64,000 nucleotides of DNA from an uncultured Erysipelotrichaceae bacterium (GTDB lineage: Bacteria; Bacillota_I; Bacilli_A; RFN20; CAG-826): the NCBI GenBank assembly GCA_902800905.1, contig CADCGC010000002.1, forward strand, positions 59,774-123,773. The letters are read 5' to 3'. Under the pieces are notes generated by a model, which saw nothing but the letters and a program-made list of their open reading frames with translations, did no database searches and had not been told where the DNA came from. A program made the translations under genes and the position numbers. This document shows positions 9,345-19,956 of this stretch, one piece after another (position 1 is the stretch's first letter; every line of letters starts with the position of its first letter).

Positions 9345-11594
9345 ATGAAAACCACATTAACAAACAACTGGAAGCTTTACATTGTAAAAGATTCTGACTT
9401 AAACCCTGATAATCTAGATTTTGCTAAGTATCAGTGTTTTAATAATGTTTCTATTCCAACTTTGTTGGAATTAGAACTTTATCGAAATCATATTCTTGGT
9501 CATCCATATGAATCAACGAATATCTGGAAATACCACAAATATGAGGATTATCATCAATTTTATGTTGTTCATTTTAATTCAAATCGCAAACAAAAAGTTT
9601 TGATCATCAATGGTGTTGACACGATTGCTGATGTTTTTGTTAATGGTGAACTAGTTGGAAAAACAGAGAATATGTTTATTTCATATTCTTTCAACTTGAG
9701 GAATCTAAAAAAAGATAACGAATTAATCATCCATATTTATCCATCTGTTTTAGAAGGAAGAAAATATAAAATAACCGATGACTTATTTGCGTTTAAGTAT
9801 AATTACGAAAGCTTAAATATAAGAAAGTGCCCTTCTAGTTTTGGGTGGGATATTTTACCTAGAACCGCTTTAGGTGGAATATATAAAACCGTTGAAATAG
9901 TTGACTCCCTACCTATTATTGAAGACGTTCATGTCATTGCGGCAAATATTTCTAAAGAGTCTGCTAATCTAAAATTTGATATTACTTATCGTAAGATTGG
10001 TAACTATGAAACAATCATTGAAGGTAAGTGTGGAAAACAACTTTTTTTCACTAGGAGCAATAAAATAAAAATTCATAACCCAAAACTATGGAACATTAGA
10101 GGTTATGGAAAGCCTAATCTTTATAAGATTAAAGTTAAACTTTATGAAAATGGTAAGCTAATTGAAACAAAGTCATTTAGATATGGAATTCGTAAGGTTG
10201 AATTAAAAAGAACATCAACTGTTCAAGAAAATGGTTGCTTTGAATTTTATATCAATGACCGAAAAGTATTTTTGATGGGATGTAACTGGGTACCTGTTGA
10301 AGCAATCAAACACATTGATGATGAAAGAATGCTCGTCGCCCTTAACGCAGTTGAAGATTTAAATTGCAACACAGTTAGAGTGTGGGGTGGTGGTACTTAT
10401 GAATCTGATAGGTTCTATGAAGAATGTGACAAAAGAGGAATTTTTATTTGGCACGACTTTATGATGGGCTGTGCTTCTTATCCTCAGACACCAGACTTTA
10501 AAAGAAAATTAAAAACCGAAATCAATTACATTGTTAAGAAATTAAGAAACCACCCATCTATTTGCTTGTGGGCTGGTGACAACGAAGATGATTTAGCGAT
10601 TAAATATTGGGCGGTTAATAAAAGAAGTCCTAGCACAAACATTTTAACTAGAGAATTGATTCCAAACATTTTAAAGAAAGAAGATAACTATCGACCATAT
10701 TTGCCATCTTCTCCTTATATTGATGAATACGCAGAAGCACATCTAAAAGAACCGCTAAGTGAAGATCATCTTTGGGGCCCTCGTGATTACTTTAAAGGCG
10801 AATTCTATGGCAACGCTGTCGCATATTTTACAAGCGAAATAGGATATCACTCCTTAAGCTGCTTAGATTCTTTACAAAGATATCTTCATAAACCATGGCC
10901 TTTCTTTGAAGGAGAAATTGAAAAAGATCCAAATTCAAGACTACTAAAAAAAGCGAAACCAACAAAAGAATATATGTGTCATGAAACTGTTGCAATGGAG
11001 GATTATGAATCTCCATTTGAATATCGCATTCTTTTAATGGTTAATCAAGTAAGAACCTTATTTATCAATGATTTTGATAATATCAATGATTTCTCTATTG
11101 CGAGCCAAACTTCACAAGCTGAGGCAATGAAATACTTCATTGAGAAGATGAGAAAAGATTATAAACGCAACGGTGGAATTATTTGGTGGAATATTCTCGA
11201 TGGGTGGCCACAAGTCAGTGAGGCATTATTAGATTATTACTTCAATAGAAAGAAAGCGTATGACTATGTAAAGATTTGTCAAAGTAAGAACTTATTGATG
11301 ATGAACGAAGATCCTGATGGTTTAAATCTTTATTTTGTTTCTGAAGATGACAAGAAACATAGATACACTTATGAAATAATTGATGCTTATCAAGATAAAT
11401 TAATCGATAGTGGTTCTTTTGTCTCTAGTCCAAGAGATTCAATTAAGATAAAGAAAGTTAATGCGGCAGAAAAGACATTATTGATTCTTAAATACAAAGA
11501 TGAGCGTGGAAAGGAATGCACAAATCATTTCCACACTCATATCATTGATATTGATTTATTTAAATATTTAGATGCAATGAAAAAATATTATTAA
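9345..11594 (+). CDS. GH2 beta-mannosidase
   Basis: 749 aa. GH2 sugar-binding region with FGWDILPR (GWDW-type motif), NTVRVWGGGTYESDRFYEECDKRGIFIWHDFMM and WAGDNE (acid/base region), as in bacterial beta-mannosidases. Confidence 0.7.
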   Translation: MKTTLTNNWKLYIVKDSDLNPDNLDFAKYQCFNNVSIPTLLELELYRNHILGHPYESTNIWKYHKYEDYHQFYVVHFNSNRKQKVLIINGVDTIADVFVNGELVGKTENMFISYSFNLRNLKKDNELIIHIYPSVLEGRKYKITDDLFAFKYNYESLNIRKCPSSFGWDILPRTALGGIYKTVEIVDSLPIIEDVHVIAANISKESANLKFDITYRKIGNYETIIEGKCGKQLFFTRSNKIKIHNPKLWNIRGYGKPNLYKIKVKLYENGKLIETKSFRYGIRKVELKRTSTVQENGCFEFYINDRKVFLMGCNWVPVEAIKHIDDERMLVALNAVEDLNCNTVRVWGGGTYESDRFYEECDKRGIFIWHDFMMGCASYPQTPDFKRKLKTEINYIVKKLRNHPSICLWAGDNEDDLAIKYWAVNKRSPSTNILTRELIPNILKKEDNYRPYLPSSPYIDEYAEAHLKEPLSEDHLWGPRDYFKGEFYGNAVAYFTSEIGYHSLSCLDSLQRYLHKPWPFFEGEIEKDPNSRLLKKAKPTKEYMCHETVAMEDYESPFEYRILLMVNQVRTLFINDFDNINDFSIASQTSQAEAMKYFIEKMRKDYKRNGGIIWWNILDGWPQVSEALLDYYFNRKKAYDYVKICQSKNLLMMNEDPDGLNLYFVSEDDKKHRYTYEIIDAYQDKLIDSGSFVSSPRDSIKIKKVNAAEKTLLILKYKDERGKECTNHFHTHIIDIDLFKYLDAMKKYY

Positions 11595-13522
11595 TTTAAT
11601 AATATTGCCGCAATTGAGGATGCAAATCCATGATTACAAGAAGCGGTTGGAATATTCTTTTCCCATAATGTTCCAGAGTAACTAGCCATAGTGTAGAAGT
11701 AATCAATTGATTCTTCATACACTTTTTCTTTTTCGCCAATACTCTTTAGCCATAGGAATCTTAAATAGTTTCCTATAAATGAATTGCTTCTTGCTATTTC
11801 TGTGTAAGTGTCTTTTCTATTTGGCCCTAGTTCGTTTTTAATAAATTCTATGAAACGCTTATCGTTACTAATACCGAAGAACAGTGCGTAGTATTGGCAG
11901 GTCTCACTGGTATGGTTCTTTTGAAGAATTAATTTACCATTTTCTCTAACTGCGTTATCAACATAAACTTTCCCGTTAAATGATAGTTTATTGATATTTG
12001 AGGCGACTTCTTGCGCTTTATTTAACAAATTATTATCTCTAAATAACTCTCCAGCCGCTCTTAACATAGATGAGTAAAGCATATTTGTTGGGAACGAAAG
12101 GCCTTTAACATAATCCTCTGTTCCAGCTTCACTCCATTCAACAAAAACCCAGCCATTTAAGTTTTCTAAGAGGCGATATTCGTTTTCAAATTTTTCAAAA
12201 TAATGAATAAGTTTATATATTTTCTCTTTAGCAGCATTAACCAATTCTTTGTCGTTTGTCTTTTTGAAATAGTTTTCTAATTCAAGAACAAACCACATAG
12301 ACCAATTAGGAATGAATAATGATTCTTGAGATGGGAACACCATCGGGAGCATACCTTCTTCGATTTCGTCATATCTAGCGATGATAAAGTTTTCTAAGAA
12401 TTGTTTTTCTATATTATTGTTTTTAGCAAAGAATGATTCTGCCATAGACATAAAGTATCCATCACAAAGCCATCCACCTCTTTCTCTTCCAGGGCAGTCA
12501 GTATAAATGTCAACGGAGTTTTGAATGAATGTTTCCCTTGCTGATTTAATAATTAAATCAAGCTTTTTGTTTCCTGTTTCTTTAATTTCTTTGATAGTGT
12601 CGTTTTGAATTAAGATAAGTGAAGGAACGACTTCACATTTTTTGTTTGTGAGAATTCTTAAGTGCTTTAGGGAATATACAGTTGAAGTGACGACTTCGTT
12701 TTGACCTTTGTTGGATTCCACTGTTATCAAATCCATACAGCTCGATCTTCCAAATATCCATTTCCCATTATCAAGATATTCATCAAAGACAACAAAAATC
12801 TTGGTGTCATCTTCCTGAGCGTTTATTTTTAATTTAATTAGACCACTTTTTTCAATTGCTGATTCATATTCATTACAAATATATCCATTTATTTCATCAA
12901 CGAACTCTTTTTCGACATTAAAAGAATAAAATTCCGGATGGTCATTATCTTTTAAATAATTAGGAATTTTAACTGAATCAAATCCTTTAAATATAAATTC
13001 TTTTTTGTGATTGAACTTTTGTTCTTTATATAAACAAGTATCGCCAATACCTCCAATGAGCGTTGGATTCTCTACTTCATATGTTATAAGCTGTTGTTCA
13101 TTAATATTCGATAAGTTAAATCTTTCTCCAAACCCTCTTTGAAAACTATATTTGAAAGAACGGTTATCGTGTTTTGATGATTCAAACGCTAAAAAGTTAT
13201 CAGCAGTCGCAACAATTTGGTCTTTATAGTAGAGTTCGGCTCCAAAAAATGGTTCGAAGAAGTCGGCGTCTAAAGATGGGCAACCATATGATAAAACAAG
13301 AACTTCAATTTCTTTTGTTCCTTTTGGTATATGTATATTCCTAATTCTTGAAAAACCTTCCGCGGTTCTTTCTGGCCCATATGAAACTAGCTTTCCATCG
13401 AAAAATACTGTATAAAAAGGACCAGCACTTAGACTAAGTATATCGCAGTCTTTAGTTAACCTATATTTAAAATAAACCTTTATTTCGAACTTTTGATTTG
13501 TTTTTGCCCAAACGTGTTTCAT
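11591..13522 (-). CDS. six-hairpin glycosidase-like protein, GH78 (alpha-L-rhamnosidase)-like catalytic domain
   Basis: 643 aa. The DCPGRERGGWLCDGYF motif resembles the D.P.RER.GW.GD signature I associate with the Bac_rhamnosid6H domain. This is from memory only, and the protein is short for a GH78. Confidence 0.4.
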   Translation of the reverse strand: MKHVWAKTNQKFEIKVYFKYRLTKDCDILSLSAGPFYTVFFDGKLVSYGPERTAEGFSRIRNIHIPKGTKEIEVLVLSYGCPSLDADFFEPFFGAELYYKDQIVATADNFLAFESSKHDNRSFKYSFQRGFGERFNLSNINEQQLITYEVENPTLIGGIGDTCLYKEQKFNHKKEFIFKGFDSVKIPNYLKDNDHPEFYSFNVEKEFVDEINGYICNEYESAIEKSGLIKLKINAQEDDTKIFVVFDEYLDNGKWIFGRSSCMDLITVESNKGQNEVVTSTVYSLKHLRILTNKKCEVVPSLILIQNDTIKEIKETGNKKLDLIIKSARETFIQNSVDIYTDCPGRERGGWLCDGYFMSMAESFFAKNNNIEKQFLENFIIARYDEIEEGMLPMVFPSQESLFIPNWSMWFVLELENYFKKTNDKELVNAAKEKIYKLIHYFEKFENEYRLLENLNGWVFVEWSEAGTEDYVKGLSFPTNMLYSSMLRAAGELFRDNNLLNKAQEVASNINKLSFNGKVYVDNAVRENGKLILQKNHTSETCQYYALFFGISNDKRFIEFIKNELGPNRKDTYTEIARSNSFIGNYLRFLWLKSIGEKEKVYEESIDYFYTMASYSGTLWEKNIPTASCNHGFASSIAAILLN

Positions 13523-13523
13523 T

Positions 13524-15668
13524 TTATTTACCTAAATACTCGATTGATTTTAGTGCAGATACTTCAAATATATCGTTCTTTTTTTGAACGAACTCTTTTT
13601 CTGTTCCGTCGATAATTAATGTGAATTTCTCACCTATATTATTGAAAATTTTAATTGTGTCAGGTTTATTCATTTTAATTGAAAAAGACAATTTGTTATG
13701 TTTGATTTCACCAGAAACTTTGTGATTATTAAAAATCGTTAATTTTTTAAAATAAACGTGATTTTCCGATAATTTTTTTGCAATTGCTGGGAAAATTGTT
13801 AAAATCTGTCCGCTTGTTCTTATCATCATATCTGTGATTGATCTTACAAAACCAACATTTGCTTCTAGGGTAAATGCGTATGATTGCAGTTCACTATATC
13901 CTTTATGATTATAGTCCATATTCATGTGGAAACAGTTGTCGTTAATAAAGCCGTCCACAAATGCATGTGTAAACTTATAAGCATCTTCTCCTAAACACAG
14001 ATAACTCGCTAAAGAAGATGCCTCGGTAAATGAGAATCCAGCCCATTCGCTTGTGCCAATATTTATTAACCTATTATAATCTTTAAATATTTGATTATAT
14101 TGATCATATGGTAGAACGTTTTCAAAGTTCTTATGTGAGAGAATATGAGAAAAATGTCTATGAGAAATTGAATACTCTAATTTTTTTGAAATCATTGTTT
14201 CTCCATTTATATTTTTTAAGTAATCTCTCAAGCTTGATTGTCGACCAAGATAATAGTTTGAATCTAAGCCTAGGATTTTTGAATATTCGACTAATGTTCT
14301 ATATAGATAGTGTAGTGTTGATAATTCAAAGTTGCTTTGACTATCTAATATCGAGTTTTTGTTGCAATCGTTTATTTCTGGAGAAGCAGAAAACTCAAAT
14401 TGCAAGTGCCCATCTTTCTCAACTAACAAAGACGATATACATTTTTCAATATTTGAAAAGAATGGAAACGCTCTGTTTTTTAAGAATGATTTATTTCCTG
14501 TGTAGCGATAATAGTTATCAAACGAAGAAGAAATCCAAATTGAGTTACATGGATTAAGAGCGTACATAGGCCATCCACCTAGTGGAGTGCAGTTTTGGCT
14601 CATTACTCCAGGAATGAAATAGCCATCTGCATTACAAAACTTCTTAGCGAGCTTTTTAAATTTGGTTCTATTGTTCCATAAATAATCAACCAGCACTTTT
14701 CCTTCTTTGAAGTCACCGGTCTTCATATATGATTCATACGACATCTGAAGATTGATATCCATATGGTAATCACCTTTCCACGGAGGAAGATTACCGTCGT
14801 TTCTAGTCCAAACACCTTCTAAAGACATCGGATATTTTCTTCTGCTATTGCACGCAAAGAAATAACGACCGAAATTGTATGTTCGGTCAATTTTTTCATC
14901 ACCAGTAAAAACTAATGCATGATTGAAATATCTACGCCAATATCTGCTGTGCTCTTTTTTATATATTTCTTTTTCTTTTGAATAGGATACTAAAAGAGAT
15001 TTTGCATCTTCTAAACTGCATTCGTCAGATTTAAAAACTGTTACAAATAATGTATCAAATAGTTGTCCCTTTACATTATATGAAACGATACCGTAATTAT
15101 AATTACATGGGGTTTCTTGCATGATATACCTAAAATTTTTATCGGTGTATTCTTTAAAAATTGGGTATGAAAGACCATTTGTTTTTCTTGATAAGTATTC
15201 GGGCATTTTGAACGTGAATGTTAAGCCTTTTGGATAATTGATGATTAGGACGTCTTTATTCGCATCAAGATATCCGTCAAATAATCCTGTTAAAGATTTG
15301 ACTTTGTATTCTGCTCTTTTTATATCGACACAAAATCTACTTCTTTTTGAGATTTGGTTATCAAAAACAATCGATCCAGCATTAAGCTTTGTCGGATATG
15401 GGTGATTATAGCAACCATCAAACAGCCTTAAATATTCATCCCAATCGGCTTTCATGAGTCGAACCATATCGTGGTATGTGAATTGTTTTGATTTCATCTC
15501 TGGTGTTAAACGGTTATCCCAAAGGTCAATTCTATCTAAAGAAAAAACAATGTCTTTTTCTCCATAAATCAGAGCGCCAAAAAAGCCATTTCCAACCATT
15601 AAGCCTTGATGCCACTCTTTAATTGGACCGTTAACTGTATGTTGATAAATTAGTGATTTGCAATCCAT
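13524..15668 (-). CDS. GH95-like glycosidase (alpha-L-fucosidase/alpha-L-galactosidase family)
   Basis: 714 aa. The N-terminus EWHQGLMVGNGFFGALIYG..VFSLDRIDLWD resembles the GH95 N-domain signature (W..ALPIGNG.LGAM.FG..E...LNE.TLW). It lies 1 nt upstream of the GH78-like gene in the same orientation. Confidence 0.45.
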   Translation of the reverse strand: MDCKSLIYQHTVNGPIKEWHQGLMVGNGFFGALIYGEKDIVFSLDRIDLWDNRLTPEMKSKQFTYHDMVRLMKADWDEYLRLFDGCYNHPYPTKLNAGSIVFDNQISKRSRFCVDIKRAEYKVKSLTGLFDGYLDANKDVLIINYPKGLTFTFKMPEYLSRKTNGLSYPIFKEYTDKNFRYIMQETPCNYNYGIVSYNVKGQLFDTLFVTVFKSDECSLEDAKSLLVSYSKEKEIYKKEHSRYWRRYFNHALVFTGDEKIDRTYNFGRYFFACNSRRKYPMSLEGVWTRNDGNLPPWKGDYHMDINLQMSYESYMKTGDFKEGKVLVDYLWNNRTKFKKLAKKFCNADGYFIPGVMSQNCTPLGGWPMYALNPCNSIWISSSFDNYYRYTGNKSFLKNRAFPFFSNIEKCISSLLVEKDGHLQFEFSASPEINDCNKNSILDSQSNFELSTLHYLYRTLVEYSKILGLDSNYYLGRQSSLRDYLKNINGETMISKKLEYSISHRHFSHILSHKNFENVLPYDQYNQIFKDYNRLINIGTSEWAGFSFTEASSLASYLCLGEDAYKFTHAFVDGFINDNCFHMNMDYNHKGYSELQSYAFTLEANVGFVRSITDMMIRTSGQILTIFPAIAKKLSENHVYFKKLTIFNNHKVSGEIKHNKLSFSIKMNKPDTIKIFNNIGEKFTLIIDGTEKEFVQKKNDIFEVSALKSIEYLGK

Positions 15669-15750
15669 TAATTCTTATATAACAAATTATAAATTGTTTT
15701 TCCCCATCAATATATTTTTTTGATTAGAATTGAAAAAAAATAATTCTATT

Positions 15751-15779
15751 TTGTGTGTATGTATTTACAGGCGTATAAT
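15751..15779 (+). promoter_or_regulatory. putative promoter TTGTGT-N17-TATAAT for the 15-kb surface-glycan operon
   Basis: TATAAT at about 15774-15779, 25 nt upstream of the ATG at 15804. The divergent intergenic region 15669-15803 also contains the inverted repeat AGAATT-N10-AATTCT at about 15726-15747. Confidence 0.4.
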
Positions 15780-15803
15780 TTGTGTATATCGAGATTTTGA
15801 ATT

Positions 15804-16703
15804 ATGAAAAAAGCTAAACGCAAGCATAATTCTCGTTCTTATCTGCTAACCAAAAGAGAAAAAATCATTTTAGGTATTGTTTTTGTTTTGCTTCTAATCT
15901 ATGCTTTGTCTCTTATTTTCCCATTCTTCTTTTTGCTGATGAATTCTTTCAAGGATGAAGTTGAATATTTTTATGACTCAACAGGTTTCCCAAAGACTCC
16001 AACATTTGAGAATTATATTACTTTATTTAGTGGTTATAAGGTTGGAACAGGTATTGGTGATGGCGAAGCCACTATTGGAGAGATGTTCTGGAATTCTATC
16101 TCACTAGCGGTTGTTGAAACAGTCACATCAATGTTCTTTACTTGCTGTGCAGCTTATGTTTTAGCAAAATACAAATTCCCGGGAAATAAATTCTTATACA
16201 CCTTTGTTATTGTTAGCTCTGTTGTTCCTACCATTGCAGCTATTTCTGCTACATATCGATTGATGTCAGATATTCAATTAATTGGAACATTTATTGGAAT
16301 GATTATTATGAACTGTGGCGCCTTTACTGGTGGGTTCTTATATATTCACAGCTATTTCAAGAGTATCCCTTGGTCATTTGCGGAATCTGCGATGATTGAT
16401 GGGGCAAGTGATTTTAAAATTTTCTTTAGAATTATGATTCCAATGGCGAAGAACGGAATCCTTACTTTCACTATTTTGAGATTTTTGGGATTTTGGAACG
16501 AATATTGGATTCCATATTTGTTCTATCCAAACCATCCAACTTTAGGTGTTGGATTGACTCTTTTAAAAGCAGAAGCTGTTAATACAGGTAGTTACACGAT
16601 GTTATTTGCTGCAATGATCGTGGCAATCGTTCCTATTTTGATTTTCTACGCTATATTCCAAAAACAATTATTATCAAATACTATCGACGGAGGATTGAAA
16701 TAA
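15804..16703 (+). CDS. carbohydrate ABC transporter permease (MalG/AraQ/LplC-like)
   Basis: 6 TM helices. EAA loop ESAMIDGASDFKIFFRIMIPMAKNG. Confidence 0.8.
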   Translation: MKKAKRKHNSRSYLLTKREKIILGIVFVLLLIYALSLIFPFFFLLMNSFKDEVEYFYDSTGFPKTPTFENYITLFSGYKVGTGIGDGEATIGEMFWNSISLAVVETVTSMFFTCCAAYVLAKYKFPGNKFLYTFVIVSSVVPTIAAISATYRLMSDIQLIGTFIGMIIMNCGAFTGGFLYIHSYFKSIPWSFAESAMIDGASDFKIFFRIMIPMAKNGILTFTILRFLGFWNEYWIPYLFYPNHPTLGVGLTLLKAEAVNTGSYTMLFAAMIVAIVPILIFYAIFQKQLLSNTIDGGLK

Positions 16704-16710
16704 TTAAGTT

Positions 16711-17625
16711 ATGAATGTCCAAGTGTTGAATAAGAAAAAGAAGAAAAAGATTAACGTTAGGCGAGCGCTTTTTATCGCTGGAATGTTAGCGATTCCACTC
16801 ATTCAATTTGGAATATTCTTTGTTTATGTAAATATCAATTCTATCTTGTTGACATTTAGAGTTGTTGATCCAATCACTGGTACATACGGATGGGGACTAG
16901 ACAATTATCAAGACTTCTTCTATCGATTCACTGAATATCCTGATTACAAAGATGCGATATTTAATTCGTTGATGTTTGGTCTTAATGATTTGCTCCTTGT
17001 TTTGATATCTCTTGTTTTAGCGTATTTCTTCTTTAAGAGAATACCTGGCACTCAATTCTTTAGAATTATATTCTTCTTACCATCTATTATCTCTATTGTT
17101 ATTTATACAATGGCGTATTCATTGATGTTTAAGGCTGGCTCAGGTCCAATCAACGTTTTAATTACTTCTTTAGGAGGAGAGGAGCCAGATTGGCTACTTG
17201 ATGAAAACCTAGCAAGAATGCTTGTTATGATTTATTGTTTGTGGGTTGGTACCGGATATAACATTTTGATTTTTGGTGGTGCGATGGCAAACATCAATAC
17301 TGAAGTTATTGAGTACGCTAAACTCGACGGTGTCGGCATGTTTAGAGAATTATTCCAAGTTATTCTCCCGATGATTTGGCCAACACTATCGGTTGCATTC
17401 ATTGGTAGTGTTACTACTGTCTTTACATTATTTATTCAAGTTAAATTAATCGTTGGTGATTCGTTTGGAACACCTCGAACAATCGCATTCTTGATTAACG
17501 ACAATGTTATGAGTAATCAGGAAAAAGCCGCCACAATTGGTATTATTTTCACCGTTGTTGCTACCCCGGTTATTTTACTTGTCAGAAAACTTATTGATTA
17601 CGTTGGAAAGAAATTTGGTTATTGA
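16711..17625 (+). CDS. carbohydrate ABC transporter permease (MalF/AraP/LplB-like)
   Basis: EAA loop EYAKLDGVGMFRELFQVILPMIWP. Multiple TM helices. Confidence 0.8.
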   Translation: MNVQVLNKKKKKKINVRRALFIAGMLAIPLIQFGIFFVYVNINSILLTFRVVDPITGTYGWGLDNYQDFFYRFTEYPDYKDAIFNSLMFGLNDLLLVLISLVLAYFFFKRIPGTQFFRIIFFLPSIISIVIYTMAYSLMFKAGSGPINVLITSLGGEEPDWLLDENLARMLVMIYCLWVGTGYNILIFGGAMANINTEVIEYAKLDGVGMFRELFQVILPMIWPTLSVAFIGSVTTVFTLFIQVKLIVGDSFGTPRTIAFLINDNVMSNQEKAATIGIIFTVVATPVILLVRKLIDYVGKKFGY

Positions 17626-17646
17626 TATAAATTGGAGGCCATATTT

Positions 17647-19956
17647 ATGAAAAAACAACTAACTCTATTACTCGGACTATTTGGATTAACTGCCATTGCT
17701 TTTAGTGCGGTTGGTCCAAACTATCATTCAACAAGAGCAGGATCAAAAGAAATCCTAATTGTTGATGACAATTTTAATGATGGCAATTATCGTCAAAGTT
17801 ACGATCCATCAAAATGGTTAGAACCGATTGGAGGACACATTAGACAATCAGATTCTAATGAAAGTTATTTAACAAATAAGGGAGCGGCAGCCACTAATGG
17901 TGAAAGACTTATGTTTGGCACCAAACAAATGGTTCAAGGCTTATCCTTATTTAAAATTGATGTCTGTCTTAGGAATGATGAATGGGTAGGAATTAAGTTT
18001 TATAAAGAACTCCAAACCCCTAGTTCAATGGCCCAAAATGCATATGATATGTCAATTCTTTTCCATAAGAGTGGAATTACTCCAAATAATAGTGTCTCTA
18101 CTGGACAACAATTATTTAGACATGATGGAACAGAAGCCCCCTCTGGCGGAATTGGATTACTTGAGGTTTGTGGTATCTCTAGTTCTATTGGAAATTGGGT
18201 GACTCTCGACTTTGTTCCAATTGATGCGAATAATATGACTCTCTACGTTTATCCACAAGCAGAAGGTCGTAACGCTGACAGATCTGTGACCATTAAATGT
18301 AGTGAAGATGGACTTATGAATTATGGGAATTGCCAAATTGGTATTCAAGCCAGTAATGGTGCAAGATATTCAATCGACAATTTAGTGATCGAAAGTACAA
18401 ATATAAATGTTAATGAAGAATTCGTTTCTTTTGATGATTCACTTCCAGAGAATCCTTTGGGATACGTCAAAAAGAATGGCGGTTCTTATGTTTTAGATGG
18501 TAACAGCACTCTTAGATTTGCTCCAGAAGCAATGGAAGGAGAAAAATTTGTTACTAAAAAGAAAATTGCTCTTGATATGACTATTGCAGCAGCAGTTGAA
18601 ATGATTAATGCGAAATTCAATCTTAAATTCAAATCAACCGCAGCCTCTAGTGAAAAAATCGCGTTCTTTGTTGGCTTAAGTAACGCTAGCTATGATTTAT
18701 CTCAAGGCGGATGTTACTTAGAATTTAACAAAACAAAGGTTGAATTAAAACTCTTCAAAAATGGTGTTCTAATTAATAGTGAAGAAGAACAAAGAATTCA
18801 AAAGGCAATCGATGGATTAACAAGTTCTGAAGGTAGAAATATTACTGTTTCTGTTCAAAAGAACGGAATTCTTAGAATCTATGTTGAAGATGAACTTTTA
18901 TATTCTTTAGAAGACAATGAAAACGAAGAAATGAGAGTGTCAAAATACGCTGGATATGTTGGCTTTGCGGTAACTGGTGGTTTAGCTCAAGAAGTCAATG
19001 TTGATAACGTGTTAATTAAATCTGCAAGTTATTATGTACCAGTGACAAAATCTGTCACCCATAATTTCTCTAATGATTTCTTTGGAAACGAAGGACATGA
19101 AGATTTCTATATTCCTGATAGTTATGCTGGAAAGATTTCAGTAAAAGATGGAAAACTTGATTGGGATAACTGCGCTGATAACGCGATGTTTGGTTCTGCA
19201 TATCAATATGATGCCTTTATATTAGATTACAAACTTTGTAATGTTAGAGTTGGTGAAGGATATACAGCCCCAAATAAATGGATTGGTTTAGATCTCTCTA
19301 GAGAAAGCAAATATGTTACTGAATATGGTAGTTATTTAATGCCATATATTGAAATCGTTCCAACTACTGAAGAAGTTAGAATGAATTTCTATAAGAAAGA
19401 TTCTTCTCCTCTTGATGCAAACGAGCTTGTTAAGAATATGATTGTTGAACACAAGAGAATCCCTGCGAAATGGTTTAGAGACATTCAATACACAAACGCA
19501 TCTGATGTTTATAACATTAAAGAAGAAAACGCGGTTTGCATTAGATGGGTTAGTGATGGCACAAACTTAGACTTATACCTCAAGAGAGCGGATGACCCAG
19601 TATTTGGTGAACCATATTACACAATTAAGAATCTTGAAATCCAAGGTTACTTTACTTTGACTGTCACTGGTTGGACAACCCTCCAATATGATGATTTCTC
19701 AATGGCAAATACCTCAACTCTTTACGTTTGCGCGGATAACGAATCTCCAGAGACAATCATTGATACACAAATCACAATTATCTATGAACCTGGCACAGAC
19801 ATTAACTTAGGCGAAGAAGTTAGATTATATAGCAACAACACTCTTTGGATTATTTTGGTTGCGGCTTTAGGAACAACTACTGTTGCCTTTGCTGCTTTAT
19901 TTATCGTCAATCTTGTTAGAAACAAGAAGATGAAAGGAGGAGCAAAGAATGAATAA
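17647..19956 (+). CDS. membrane-anchored surface protein (N-terminal signal peptide, C-terminal TM anchor plus basic tail), function unknown
   Basis: Start trimmed to MKKQ behind GGAGG. Signal LLLGLFGLTAIAFSA. C-terminal LWIILVAALGTTTVAFAALFIVNLVRNKKMK. It contains a DNLVIES...FVSFDD segment similar to the ends of the beta-sandwich modules in the neighbouring proteins. Confidence 0.5.
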   Translation: MKKQLTLLLGLFGLTAIAFSAVGPNYHSTRAGSKEILIVDDNFNDGNYRQSYDPSKWLEPIGGHIRQSDSNESYLTNKGAAATNGERLMFGTKQMVQGLSLFKIDVCLRNDEWVGIKFYKELQTPSSMAQNAYDMSILFHKSGITPNNSVSTGQQLFRHDGTEAPSGGIGLLEVCGISSSIGNWVTLDFVPIDANNMTLYVYPQAEGRNADRSVTIKCSEDGLMNYGNCQIGIQASNGARYSIDNLVIESTNINVNEEFVSFDDSLPENPLGYVKKNGGSYVLDGNSTLRFAPEAMEGEKFVTKKKIALDMTIAAAVEMINAKFNLKFKSTAASSEKIAFFVGLSNASYDLSQGGCYLEFNKTKVELKLFKNGVLINSEEEQRIQKAIDGLTSSEGRNITVSVQKNGILRIYVEDELLYSLEDNENEEMRVSKYAGYVGFAVTGGLAQEVNVDNVLIKSASYYVPVTKSVTHNFSNDFFGNEGHEDFYIPDSYAGKISVKDGKLDWDNCADNAMFGSAYQYDAFILDYKLCNVRVGEGYTAPNKWIGLDLSRESKYVTEYGSYLMPYIEIVPTTEEVRMNFYKKDSSPLDANELVKNMIVEHKRIPAKWFRDIQYTNASDVYNIKEENAVCIRWVSDGTNLDLYLKRADDPVFGEPYYTIKNLEIQGYFTLTVTGWTTLQYDDFSMANTSTLYVCADNESPETIIDTQITIIYEPGTDINLGEEVRLYSNNTLWIILVAALGTTTVAFAALFIVNLVRNKKMKGGAKNE

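Noticed and set aside
14108-14557. 149-aa ORF on the plus strand inside the GH95-like gene
   Set aside because: It lies entirely within a well-supported longer gene on the opposite strand. The translation is low-complexity with no start context.
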